The notes beneath the pieces are model-generated. The model made no database searches. It saw only the letters and a program-made list of their open reading frames with translations, and was not told where the DNA came from. 64,000 nt of DNA, from positions 33,852,001-33,916,000 of the forward strand of contig OX597830.1 of assembly GCA_951406725.2 (NCBI GenBank), read 5' to 3'. Every line of letters begins with the position of its first letter. The first letter of the stretch is position 1. The translations under genes and the position numbers were made by a program. The DNA comes from Octopus vulgaris. Lineage: Eukaryota. Shown here one piece after another: positions 25,385 to 37,867 of this stretch.

Positions 25385-26490
25385 CGATAAAAGGATGAGA
25401 GGCAAAATTGACCTCTGTGGAATTTGAACTCAGAACATGAGGAGGGACAAGCTGCCACTAAGCATCTTGTCCAGTGTGCTAACAATTCCACCAGCTCACT
25501 GCCTTAAAAATAATAACAATAATAATCCTTTCTACTAAAGTACAAGGCCTGAAATTTGGGACAAGGGTGGGACTAGACAATTGCATCAACACCAGTGTTT
25601 CACTGGTACTTTAATTTGTCGACCCCAAAAGGATGAAAACCAAAGTCAACCTTGGTGGAATTTGAACTCAGAAGGTAAAGACAGACAAAATGCCTCAAAC
25701 ATTTTGCCTGGCATGCTAACAATTCTGCCAGCTTGCTGCCTTTTTAAGGATAATGATCCTTTCTACAATAGGAACAAGGCCTGCAATTTGAGGGAAGGGG
25801 ATTAGTCAATCAAATCAACCCAAATGCTCCACTGGTACTTATTTCATTGACCCTAAAAAGATAAAAAGCAAAGTTGACCTCGGCAGGATTTGAACTCACA
25901 ACATAAAAATTGACATAATGCTGCTGAGCATTTTTCCCTGCATGCTAACAACTCTGCCAGCTTACCACTTTAATAATGATAACACTAATCTTTTCTATTC
26001 TCGGCACAAGTCACGAAATTTTAGGGGAGGGGGCCAGTTGATTAGATCAACCCTAGTTGTGCAACTAGTACCTAATTAATTTATTAACCCCAAAAGAATG
26101 GAAAAAAAATGTCTACTTTGGTGGAATTTGAATTCATCATCATCATCATCATCATTTAGCGTCCGCTTTCCATGCTAGCATGGGTTGGACGGTTCAACTG
26201 GGGTCTGTGAAGCCAGAAGGCTTTATCAGGCCCAGTCTGATCTGGCAGTGTTTCTAAGGTTGGATGCCCTTCCTAATGCCAACCACTCCGTGAGTGTAGT
26301 GGGTGCTTTTTACGTGCCACCCGCACAGGTGCCAGACGGAGCTGGCAAACGGCCATGGACGGATGGTGCTTTTTACGTGCCACCGGCACGGGGCCAGGCG
26401 AGGCTGACAACGGCCACATGTAAAAATTGACAAAATGCTGTTGAACATTTTACACAGCATGCTAACAATTCTGCCCACTTACCACCTTAA
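25385..26490 (-). mobile_element. Head-to-tail tandem array of four SINE family B copies, the last interrupted by family C
   Basis: Units ..aaagtcaacct..ggaatttgaactcag..gctaacaattctgccagct.. recur about every 230-240 bp, separated by short (AAT)n tracts. Confidence 0.8.
26133..26416 (-). mobile_element. Family C element (young)
   Basis: Reverse complement of 50960-51243. (CAT)n tail at the left. Confidence 0.85.
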
Positions 26491-27019
26491 TAATGATAAT
26501 AATAATGATAATAATAATGATTATAAATCTGATGTGGTTGCCATGTTGAACAGGTTAAGTGAGTATGCAGAAGATCACTTAACAGCTCATTTAACAGATG
26601 TTACTGAATTTATAGTGCATGTGGTATTGAAATTAATCTGTTTAGTAACAATAACATTAACAACAATGAAAAAATAGAAATATTTGGGGAAAATTCAGTG
26701 CAAAATTTTAACAGGAAATTTATCTTTTTTTAATTACAGCAAAAAAAATCTTGTCTTTTTGGAAATTTGACAAAATTATCTCAGATAAGAAAAGCAATCA
26801 GAAGAAATAGGGAAATTACAAATCTGAATAATCAGAGCAAGAGAAGGTAGGAGAAGAATTCTTTTTTTTTTATTGTAGTTTTGATTTTATTGATATTTAT
26901 ACTTATTTACCTTTTAAAAGGCAGGAAATTTACTTTCCTTTCTCACCTTGTATTTTTAAACCAAAAAAAACCCAAAAAAAACAGCTTCTACAAAATACTT
27001 TCAACAAAAGAAGTTTCTG

Positions 27020-27071
<52 letters not shown>

Positions 27072-27102
27072 TTATATATACATATATATATATACATATA
27101 TA

Positions 27103-27499
27103 TCTTTATATATAAAAGTGAGGTTGTGTGCTGTCTGTCTCCTACGATTTAGATTCCTAACTACTCCCACATTTTGCGGTGCAGTTTAACCAAAAGCGGG
27201 TATCTTATAGTCGTGATTCATATCGAGCCCTTCTGGGTATTAGCGCATGTCTACAATGAGTCTACGATTTAAAAAAAAATTTACCATCAATTTTTCCCAT
27301 TTTTAATGCATTTTTGGCATATATAAGGGAAGTAACTCTCTAAAAATTTATTAGTAAATCTCAGAACGTAAAAAGCTACAGTAACACCACCCCCTTTGTG
27401 GTTAGCCATATTGAGATGGCTATTATACTTTACATCTCTAAAAATACTTATATAGTTATTTCCTTTACAAACCCAAGCAACGCCGGGCGATACTGTTAG
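27103..27499 (+). mobile_element. Non-autonomous Helitron
   Basis: 5' TC (tctttatatataaaag), subterminal hairpin cccaagcaacgccggg, 3' tTAG (CTAG in the second copy). Inserted between A and T with no TSD. Confidence 0.85.
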
Positions 27500-27586
27500 T
27501 AGTTAATAAAAAAATATGTATCAGACAGAAGCACACTCTAAAAATATAGAGCAGTAATTATTACAACAAAATTTTATATCTTAGAC

Positions 27587-27651
27587 ATAGAGTTACTCAG
27601 GGTTTCGCATACACAAAATTAAAGCCTTGTGGACAGCTCGTCAGATTCTAT
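27587..27651 (-). ncRNA. Type I minimal hammerhead ribozyme (Penelope-like element type)
   Basis: Minus strand: atagaat CUGACGA gc..gc GAAA c ccuga g UA acucuau. Intact core and GUA cleavage triplet; stem I pairs 6 of 7. Confidence 0.7.
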
Positions 27652-28117
27652 ATAAATACAAAATTTTAAAATATTTACGTCGCAGACATGAGGAAATGCT
27701 CAGAATTCAAGGAATACAAAAAAAAACCGTTAATAAATATGGGTTATTTACCCTTAAGCAGAGGGATAATAAAAAAAGAAAAAGAAAATAAATATCTGTA
27801 AAGTGCTTATCTTGCGTAAACAGACAGTGGAGTTTGGTACAGTCCACTGATTTGCTAGCTCTTGTCAGACCATCCAACCCATGCCAGCATGGAAAACAGA
27901 CATTAAATGATGACGACGATGATGATTAATTTTATTTAGAGTCTAACAAGCTGTCCTCAATGCTTTAGTAATGTGGGTGCGATACCTTGGGTAACTCTAT
28001 GTCCAAGATATAAACTTTTGTTGTAATAAATATATATATATGTTGTAACCAAATGTGAATCATTGGCGATTTTTTTTCCCTCCATCTTCCTTTTCTTTTG
28101 GACCTTCCTCTATCTCC

Positions 28118-28155
28118 TGTTTCTGAAGAAGAGCTTTGCTCAAAACATAAAAACA
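28118..28155 (+). ncRNA. Degenerate minimal hammerhead ribozyme in a Penelope-like LTR fragment
   Basis: tgttt CTGAAGA a gagc ttt gctc aAAA c aTA aaaaca. Two CpG-type G>A changes from the CGAAACGUA pattern. Confidence 0.5.
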
Positions 28156-28250
28156 CCTTTCTTTCCTTCCCCGAGCATCTGCTATACTTCACATGTACCA
28201 CATCCTCACGATGTTGATTTTTTGTGTTTGTTCTTCCTTTTTGGGGGATT

Positions 28251-28286
<36 letters not shown>

Positions 28287-28350
28287 GGTAAGATAACAAA
28301 AAAGAAAGAAAGAGACTTCAATATTATGTAAATAGAGGAAATTTATCTGT

Positions 28351-28541
28351 AAAATAATATGTGACAATTATTCAATAGCCAAGATAAAACTCTGAGTTTC
28401 GGATGCCAAGGTGGAAATCCACAACACCATCTCTTTGGTTATCTGGCCAGATAACCGAAGAGATGGTGTTGTGGATTTCCACCTCGGCATCCAAAACTCA
28501 GAGTTTTATCTTGGCTATTGAATAATTGTCACATATTATTT

Positions 28542-28542
<1 letters not shown>
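28351..28542. repeat. 192-bp spacerless palindrome (96-bp arms, 3 mismatches)
   Basis: Centred on tctgg|ccaga at 28446/28447. Arms compared base by base. Lies between (TA)n tracts. Confidence 0.95.
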
Positions 28543-28623
<81 letters not shown>

Positions 28624-29099
28624 TATATACATACATATATATGAAAGAAAAATGTTTATACAATCTATTTCATCCATTGTTTATGGAAAATTGTTTGTAA
28701 AAGTCTGTTTACATTTAGGATGTAAATATATAGACATTAAGAAATATGTATATAAGTTTCTTTTATAAGGATTGTATGTCATATGTGAATCCAGGTATAA
28801 GTAATAGCACCATAATATATAGGATTAAAAAAACAGCTCTGGGATTGGTAAAATGGCAGAAAGCTACTTGCAGGACTCGAATTACATAAGGACTTGAATT
28901 ACATAGGCAGAAGACCACTTGCAGGACTTGAATTACATATTTTGAATTACAACCTCGGCTGTCATGATGCTATTACACCGAAGTAATTCTCTGATGTTTG
29001 AACATCCAACTTGGATGCTTTAATCTTGAAATCGAAAAAAAATAAAGCCAATTAATCATCATCATCGTTATCGTCATCATCATCTTTGTCGTTGTCATC

Positions 29100-29365
29100 A
29101 TCATCATCCTCATCATTTAATGTCTGTTTTCCATGCTGGTATGGGTTGGATGGTTCGACAAGAGCTGGCAACCCAGAGGACTGCACCAGGCTTCACCATC
29201 TGTTTCTGAATGGGTTTTACAGCTGAATGCCCTTCCTAACAATAAGCACTTTACAGAGTGGACTGGGTGCTTCCCATGTGGCACCAGCATGGTATGGTTT
29301 CTATGGTTGGATGCCCTTTTTAATGCCAACCATTTTACAGAGTGTTCTGGGTGCTTTGTACATGC
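29100..29365 (-). mobile_element. Family C element, degenerate, with internal duplication
   Basis: catcatttaatgtctgttttccatgctggtatgggttgg, then two gatgccctt..aatgccaacc blocks. Confidence 0.7.
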
Positions 29366-30292
29366 AGCATCCCCACTGCTTTAATTAATCTTTTATTAGC
29401 AATGAATTTCAAATGTAAGTCCAGTTGGGTTTTTATGCAGTTTGAGCTATCATTGACAACTGAATTTACATTTAAGATTGGTTGTTAGAGACAATTAAAA
29501 TGCATATTAAGGAAGATTTACCAAGAGAAAAATATAATCACCTATATACATACATGTATTACATCATCATCATCATTCAGTGTTTTAAATCCAGGTTTTG
29601 TCCATTAACAGGGGTGGCCGGATCTACCTCAATGCCATAGCAACCAAGATAGGCAGGTGCAGGCCATCCTAACCTTTGGGCTGGCTGGTGCCCATTCTTC
29701 TTTGCTATCATGAGGCTTTTTTTGGAGCTGGATTTTCTACAGGGAGCATGCCCTTGCTTACCCCCAACCTCAGTTTCTGGACATGAGTGGTCCCAAGACC
29801 AAGGCCTCTACAATGATTTTTAAGAAATGTGGTGGAAAACTAGCTCAGAAAGGCAGGGACCCTCCTCCCTGAGATCCCTTTCGGAGCCCCCCACCTATAT
29901 TCATATATACATACATACAACACATATATATACACATACATATATATATATACACACACATATGTACACACACATACACACATATATATGGTGAAGGAGC
30001 ACAGCTTGGTGGTTAGGGTGTTCATTCATGATTGCAAGTTTGATTCTTTGCAGTGCATTGTGTATTTGAGCAAGAAACTTGATTCTCCCTTGCTCCAGTC
30101 CATTCAGCTGGCAAAATTGAGCTGTATCTGTATTTCAAAGGGTCACCCCTGTCACACTCTTGTGTTAGGCTGAATCTCCCTAACATCTACATTAAGGGTT
30201 TGTATGTCTGTGCAGTGCACATCCACTTGCACTTTAATTTCATGAGCAGGCTGTTCTGCTGTTCTGTGGTCCAGATCAACTGCTGGTTATAG

Positions 30293-30740
30293 ATGCAGGT
30301 GTGGCTGTGTGGTAAGAAGTTTGTATCTGAGCTACATTGTTCTGGGTTCAGTCCCACTGTGTGGCACCTTGGGTAAATGTCTTCAACAATTGCCCCAAAC
30401 TGACCAAAGTCTTGTGATTGGATTCAGTAGATGGAAATTGAAAGAAACATGTCTGTCTATCTATCTATCCGTCCATCCATCCATCCATCCATCTATCTAT
30501 CTACCCATCTATCTAACTCTGTGTGTGTGTTTCTTTGTGTCTGAGGACTCCCCTATCACTGCTTAAAAATTGTTGTGTTTGCATCTCTCTAACTTCGCAG
30601 TTCAGCAAAAGAGACCAATAGAATAAGTACCTCGCTTGCAAGAAAACAAAAAAAAAAACAGTACTGGGTCTCATCAATCAACTAAAAGTCCTTTAAAGTG
30701 ATGCCCCAGCATGGCCACTGTCAACTGACTCAAACAAGAG
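30293..30740 (+). mobile_element. SINE family A (older) with internal (TCTA)n/(TCCA)n
   Basis: gcaggtgtggctgtgtggtaag..ggttcagtcccac..gaataagtac..ccccagcatggcc..tgactcaaacaag. Confidence 0.8.
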
Positions 30741-30963
30741 GTAAATGCTAAAAGATTGTGTGGTAAGAAGCTTGCTTCCCAACCATATGGTTTGGGATTC
30801 ACTCCCACTGCATGGCACCTTGCACAATTTAATTTTTTCATTGTTGAATTGATAAAAGGTGATTGTTTTTTTTCTAATTTATATATTATATTTTGTGAAA
30901 TTTTATTTAGTATTTCTAAATTGAGATTTTCCCTGTAAGTTTGGAATAATATTCCATAATATT

Positions 30964-30999
<36 letters not shown>

Positions 31000-31158
31000 G
31001 ACAGGCTTCTTTCAGTTTCTGTCTTCAAATCCACTCACAAGGCTTTGGTTAGCCTGAAGCTATAGTACAAAATACTTGCCCAAGGTGCCACACACTAGGA
31101 CTGAACCTACAACCATGTTGTTGGGAAGCAAGGTTCTTACCACACAGCCATGCATGCA

Positions 31159-31193
<35 letters not shown>

Positions 31194-31415
31194 TATCATC
31201 ATCATCATCACTATTTAGCATCTGTTTTCCATGCCGGCCTGGGTTAGATGGTTTGACTGAAACTGGTAAGCTGGAGAGCTACACCAGGTTCTAATCTGAT
31301 TTGACATGGTTTCTATGGCTGGATGCCCTTCCTAATGCCAACCACTCCAGAGAGTGTAATGAGTGCTTTTACCATGCCACCGGCACAGATGCCAATTATT
31401 TGACACCAGCATTAG
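31194..31415 (-). mobile_element. Family C element
   Basis: ggatgcccttcctaatgccaaccactcc motif and (CAT)n tail. Confidence 0.75.
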
Positions 31416-31547
31416 GCACACACACACACACATATAGATATAGGGTAAAAAATTATTAATTTAATAATAAATTTTACCAAGTAATTTCAGTATGGAAAAG
31501 AACCATATTCGATAAAAACTTATACAAGAAGTCTTTTTTATATATAA

Positions 31548-31941
31548 CTAGCAGTATCGCCCGGCGTTGCTTGGGTTTGTAAGGGAAATAACTATACAAG
31601 CAATTTTAGAGATGTAAAGTATAATAGCCATCTCAATATGGCTAACCACAAAGGGTGGTGTTACTGTAGCTTTTTACGTTCTGAGATTTAATAATACATT
31701 TTTAGAGAGTTACTTCCCTTATATAATAGCAAAAAATGCATTAAAAATGGGAAAAAATGATGGTAATTTTTTTTTTAAATCGTAGACTCATCGTAGACGC
31801 GCACTAATACCCAGAAGGGCTCGATATGAATCTCGACTCTAAGATACCCGCTTTTGGTTACACTGCACCGCAAAATGTGGGAGTAGTTAGGAATCTAAAT
31901 CGTAGGAGACAGACACACAACTTCACTTTTATATATAAAGA
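31548..31941 (-). mobile_element. Non-autonomous Helitron (second copy, inverted)
   Basis: Minus strand A|TC...cccaagcaacgccggg cgatactgCTAG|T. Highly similar to 27103-27499. Confidence 0.9.
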
Positions 31942-31942
31942 T

Positions 31943-32148
31943 TATAACAATAATTAAAGGTTTAGCAACAAGTAGCTTCACCGCATACTGAAAATTTAGA
32001 AATAGCAGATAACCATATCTGTAACTCAGATATGTTTATCTGTGGAGTCATATTTTGTAGTGAAAAGAAATAACAGTCTTTTGGCTGCTATTTCTAAATT
32101 TTCGGTATGTGGTGAAGCAACTTGTTGCTAAACCCTTAATTATTGTTA

Positions 32149-32150
<2 letters not shown>
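31943..32150. repeat. Inverted repeat with 66-bp arms and a 76-bp spacer
   Basis: 31943-32008 versus the reverse complement of 32085-32150, with about 4 mismatches. Confidence 0.9.
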
Positions 32151-32221
<71 letters not shown>

Positions 32222-32813
32222 CTGTGTATGCATGTGTGTTTGTATGTTTATGTGTTTGTGTGTGCATGTTGAATTTGATGAAACAAATTAAATAAAAAGA
32301 AGATATGAATATGAAATTAATAAGCAAACAACTCAATATAATGGAGCCAAAAAAACTGGAAATAGAATAACTGAATGATTCACAGAAAGAATATAAACGA
32401 TATGGTACTAATGAAATATATCTTCAGAATAAAATTAATGAAATTATGCCTATGTGTATGTATCTAGCAATTTATTTATCAGTCTGTGTGGCACATGTAT
32501 TTGTTTGTCTGTCTCTCTGATCTATCTATCTTTCTGTATGTAGGTATGTTATTCTGTTTATCTATCTATCTATCTATCTATCGATCTATCTATCTATCTA
32601 CCTATCTATCTATCTATCAATCTGTCTATCTATCTATCTATCTGTCTATCTATCTGTCTATCTATCTATCTATCTGCACATACACACATGGATATATATG
32701 CATATATATATATATACACACATATATATGTATATATAACTGTGCACATATATATGTATACATATATACATATACACATACATATGATTACATACATATA
32801 TACATATGCATAC

Positions 32814-32850
<37 letters not shown>

Positions 32851-32943
32851 CACATACATATGTATATACATATACATATACACATACATATGTATATACA
32901 TATATATATATACACATACATATGTATATACATATATAAACAC

Positions 32944-33045
<102 letters not shown>

Positions 33046-34259
33046 ACTTTTAGATTATTCCTGACAATCTCTTTCCTATAAGTATTTCATTTTTAGTATA
33101 TATATGTCTTCCATCTAAAAGTTCTTGTGTTTCAATATGGAATCACTTGAACTGCATTTTGTCAATATTAACATTACGAAATGCATTTGCTTGCTACATA
33201 CACACCCACAAGCACACAGGCATATATACATACAAATATACATTTAAACACACCCACACAAAAATACACACACATGCATGTACTATGTACACATACATTT
33301 ATGCAAATGTGTATCTGCATAGACAGCTTATCTCATCATCTATATTCTTGTGTATGTATAGGTGTCTCTGTATATTTCACTCTTTCTATGTATACATACA
33401 CATACAAAAAGTGTGTGTGGGTGTGTGTTTGAATTGGTGTGTGTGTGTGTGTGTGTCTGTGTGTATTTAATGTGTATATGTATATTTGTACACGTGTGTT
33501 TGCATACGTACATATATTTTAATCTTTGATGGAGAAAAGAAAAATTTTTGCTTCATCTTTCTGAAGAAGCAAAGCAGGTTAATCCAGATTAGATGCTGGT
33601 ATATAACAACAACGACAAGCACAAGAACATCAAGAACAAGGACAAAAACCACTTCATCAACTGACACAACTATAACAAAAAGCAAACAAACAAAAACCAC
33701 AAACACAACAACAACAACAACAACAGTAATAACTACGATCCCCAACCACCCTAGAACCACCACCACCATCACCATCAACAACAACAACAATAACAACAAA
33801 AGTAACTGCAGTAATGTTAAAGCTACAAGAGGACAAAAATGGTGTTTGATTTTAAGAATCACTGAATGTGAAAGACTTTGTTATCCAAGAGGAGAAGACC
33901 CTGTCAAATATCTGGACATATTCACTGTTAATGGAAATGACTCGTAGAAAAGGGGATTATGATTAACATTTAAAAATATAATTCTACAAGAGAATGCCGG
34001 TGCAGAGATGATGCATCTAGATGGTTGCATTGACCATGAGATTCACCATGCCATGTATGTTATGCGCATGTAGATAGGAAGATAAGAAATGTAGTGTGTC
34101 AACAGACTTAACCTAAATCTTCAAAATTTATTAATCTAAGTTGTAATGTTTCGTATAGAGATATATTTCTATATGTTTGTATGTATTTTCTCACAAGCTC
34201 TCTCTTTTTATCTTTCTTTCTCTCTATATATATATGTGTGTATATATATATATATATAA

Positions 34260-34295
<36 letters not shown>

Positions 34296-34607
34296 ATTAA
34301 TAAAATATGTATATATTATGTCTACATACACACATATACATAAACATATACATGCTTATACATATATTGTCCAACCCATGCTAGCATGGAATATTATATA
34401 CAAGCACACACACTAGCATACATTATTATCATCATTTAAGATCGAACTTCTGTGTACATTTGTATATATATATATAATCTAACCCATTACAGTTACACAA
34501 GAACTGCTTTCATACACACATACTTTACATATATACATACATTACATACATACTTAAATATATACATATTAACATACAAGCATTACATTACTTATATATA
34601 TACATAC

Positions 34608-34966
34608 ATTGGGGCCCTGGGATATATAACACGTTGCCTAAATACCAATCTTGAGGAAATAGGCTTCTCAAAATCAGAAAGGAGAAAGCTGATTTGAAGA
34701 CTATAGATCCAATCCATCACTGGAACTGGAAAAATCTGTAAAACTTTCCAGAAGTTTATCATTTAAGTATATATGAGCATGGCTAGATATGCAACTATAT
34801 GCATGAGAAGACATACATAAAGCAAAACAAACAAATCTGCACATATATTTACATACATACATGCAAAAGTACTCTGTTGAAATTCCAATGAAGGAGACTT
34901 GGATCTTGGTTAGAAACTGACTTTTTCTCTACTATCAAGAAATTTTGAAATAAACCTGAACTGTGA
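34608..34966 (+). mobile_element. R4-like RLE retrotransposon 3' end with (CATA)n tail
   Basis: IGALGYITRCLNTNLEEIGFSKSERRKLI*RL*IQSITGTGKICKTFQKFII* continues the peptide from 21513-21645. Followed by a long (CATA)n tract. Confidence 0.75.
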
Positions 34967-35299
34967 CATACATACATACATACATACATACATACATACA
35001 TACATACATACATACATACATACATACATACATACATCTGTATATTTGTGTGTCCACAAGTTTGCACAGGCATAGTTGTGCAATAATAAAGTTTGCAACA
35101 TAACTTCATAGGTTTGGCCCTCCTTTTACTTTGAGGCACCTTGGATGTGTCCTGCTCTAGCTTTGGGTAGAACTCTTCCTTTATAGTGAAAGCAGTTGAA
35201 TGAAACTGTACAGAATCCTATCATATATATACATATATAATGAGCTTATTACAGTTTCCATCTACCAAATCCAATCACAAGGGTTTGTTCAGCCATGTG

Positions 35300-35928
35300 T
35301 GTAGATTTAGCAGACAGTCTTTTGCTGTTGCCAATGCAGGCCTCTCACTGAACTGCACCCACAACATAATAACCAAGGGGGTTGCAATCTAGGGAGTTAG
35401 GCAATCGATGTTAGGTGTGATGCAGTCACAGAAATAGTCTGACAGCCATGACTGGGTTCTTCTGCTTGTGTGACGTGGTGCAGAGTCTTGGTGCCAGACA
35501 TAGGGTCTTCCAGCAGCCAAACTCTTGACTCAGGGAGGCACTACCTCCTCCAGGCACTTGATGTAGGCCTCCGTGTTGAGTCTGAGGCCATATGGGAAGA
35601 TGAATGGAGACATAACGTTGCCATCACCAGTTACCATGCCAAACATCATGATGTTGACTGGATGTTTGGTTTTTATTACTCTTGATACATGTCCTCAGAT
35701 TACACTGTCCTCAGATCGACGTCCCAACACTCTGAAATGTTCCTATTGGAGCTTCTTGCATGGATACCAAGCAATACAGCATGTCATCTCTAAACTTCTG
35801 GCTGTTTTTCTCACAGACAGCGCCCAACTGACCTTATCATTCTGTGTAGTTGACAAAATTAAAAACCAAGATAGAGCATGCGTGAAATTAAAAATATAAA
35901 ATAACAACAATTTACTCATCACACCCTA
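35300..35928 (-). mobile_element. Second internally deleted DD37D/maT remnant with left TIR
   Basis: Minus strand TA|tagggtgtgatgagtaaat TIR-like end, HTH segment, the same junction as the 15 kb copy, then catalytic-domain sequence. Confidence 0.8.
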
Positions 35929-35949
35929 TACATATATATATATATAATA

Positions 35950-36348
35950 GACGCAGGAGTGGCTGTGTGGTAAGTAAGCTTGCTAACCAACCACATGGTT
36001 CCGGATTCAGTACCACTGTGTGGCATCTTGGGCAAGTGTCTTTTGCTATAGCCCCGGGCCGACCAATGCCTTGTGAGTGGATTTGGTAGACGGAAACTGA
36101 AAGAAGCCTGTCGTATATATGTATATATATATATGTGTTTGTGTGTTTGTGTTTGTCCCCCTAGCATTGCTTGACAACCGATGCTGGTGTGTATACGTCC
36201 CCGTCACTTAGCGGTTTGGCAAAAGAGACCGATAGAATAAGTACTGGGTTTACAAAGAATAAGTCCCAGGGTCGATTTGCTCGACTAAAGGCGGTGCTCC
36301 AGCATGGCCGCAGTCAAATGACTGAAACAAGTAAAAGAGTAAAAGAGT
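35950..36348 (+). mobile_element. SINE family A, full length, young
   Basis: A box TGGCTGTGTGG, B-box region, internal TA/TG microsatellite, (AGTAAAAG)n tail. Confidence 0.9.
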
Positions 36349-36808
36349 ATACACGTACATGTATGACTAGTTACATGTGCAGGCAGAATCAATGCTTAAG
36401 TTGGCATTGGAGATTGAAAGAGTTCTGCAGTTCATCGAATCCTATCAAACTATCCAACTCATGCCACCATTGTAAAGGGACATTATAGGATGATAATTGA
36501 ATATATAAACCTCTATCTATCTATCTATTTGTATGTTTGTGTATGCACACATACATACACACACACATATATATTCATACATACACACATACACATACAT
36601 CCCTGCACACACACATGCATATGCATATGCATGTACACACATACACACAGGTACCAACGTATACATATATACACATATAAAATGTTTACAAACATCTTTA
36701 TGCATTATTGTAATTACATAAAAATACATTATTTGTTTTGCATGCACAGATTTCTTCGAACATACATTCACACACACACACACACACGTGCATATGCACA
36801 CACTGATG

Positions 36809-36844
<36 letters not shown>

Positions 36845-37218
36845 CTATATATTTATGTTGGTATATACATATATATATATATATATATATGTTGGTATAT
36901 GTATATATGTTGGTAGGTAGATACTTTAAAATTATATATTATTTTCTATCTGCTTTCATTGAAGATTTAACCCAGAGAATTGAATGTTTGTCATGTGTGT
37001 TTTAAGTTTTATTATAGAAAAATTTAAATAAATCTTTGTTAATCTGCTGAAAGCTCAGTATGTTTGTATACTTGATGAAGAATTGGAGGTAAACACATGC
37101 ATGGACAAAAGCACACCTACTCTCACCACCACACACACACATTTCTATGTGCATTCATACCCTTCTACACCATGCACATCCAACACACACATACATATAT
37201 AGTTTCGGTTTATGTTGC

Positions 37219-37255
<37 letters not shown>

Positions 37256-37578
37256 TATAGATATATGAACATATATGTGTGATTGTATATGTGTGTATTT
37301 CTGGTGCTTTTATACTCAAAAGTGCAGGCATAAAAGAATTTATTAAGAATATGAAAGAAAGTGAGTGACAATATTTGGAATATCTAGAGAATTGGACATA
37401 ATTTCAATTTCTAGAAATTGGGAAATTTTGTTAAAACCGTCACCCTTTTTCTTATACCTTTAAATAGTACACATGCTTAATCAAATGTGTACAGTGATGA
37501 AATGCTTGTATCATTTTTGGAATTCATGTGTATATAATATTAATAATGATAATACTACTACTAATAATAATAATGAAT

Positions 37579-37744
37579 AGGTGCAGGAGTGTCTGTGTGG
37601 GGTGAGAAGCTTGCTTTCCAACCACACAGTTCCAGGTTCAGTCCCATTGCATGGCATCTACGGCAAGTGTCTTCTACTATAGCCTCGAGCTGACCAAAGT
37701 CCTGTGAGTGAATTTGGTAGATGGAAACTGAAAGGAGCCTGTCA

Positions 37745-37798
<54 letters not shown>

Positions 37799-37829
37799 TA
37801 TATATGTATATATGTGCATATATATACAT

Positions 37830-37867
<38 letters not shown>

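Noticed and set aside
28432-28444. TCTTTGGTTATCT, matching the first 13 nt of miR-9
   Set aside because: The sequence diverges after nt 13. The match depends on a mismatch position in the palindrome arm, and there is no miR-9 star arm.
33486-33947. Thr/Asn-rich mucin-like ORF of 153 aa
   Set aside because: Driven by a degenerate (CAA)n/(CAC)n tract, with no splice or domain evidence.
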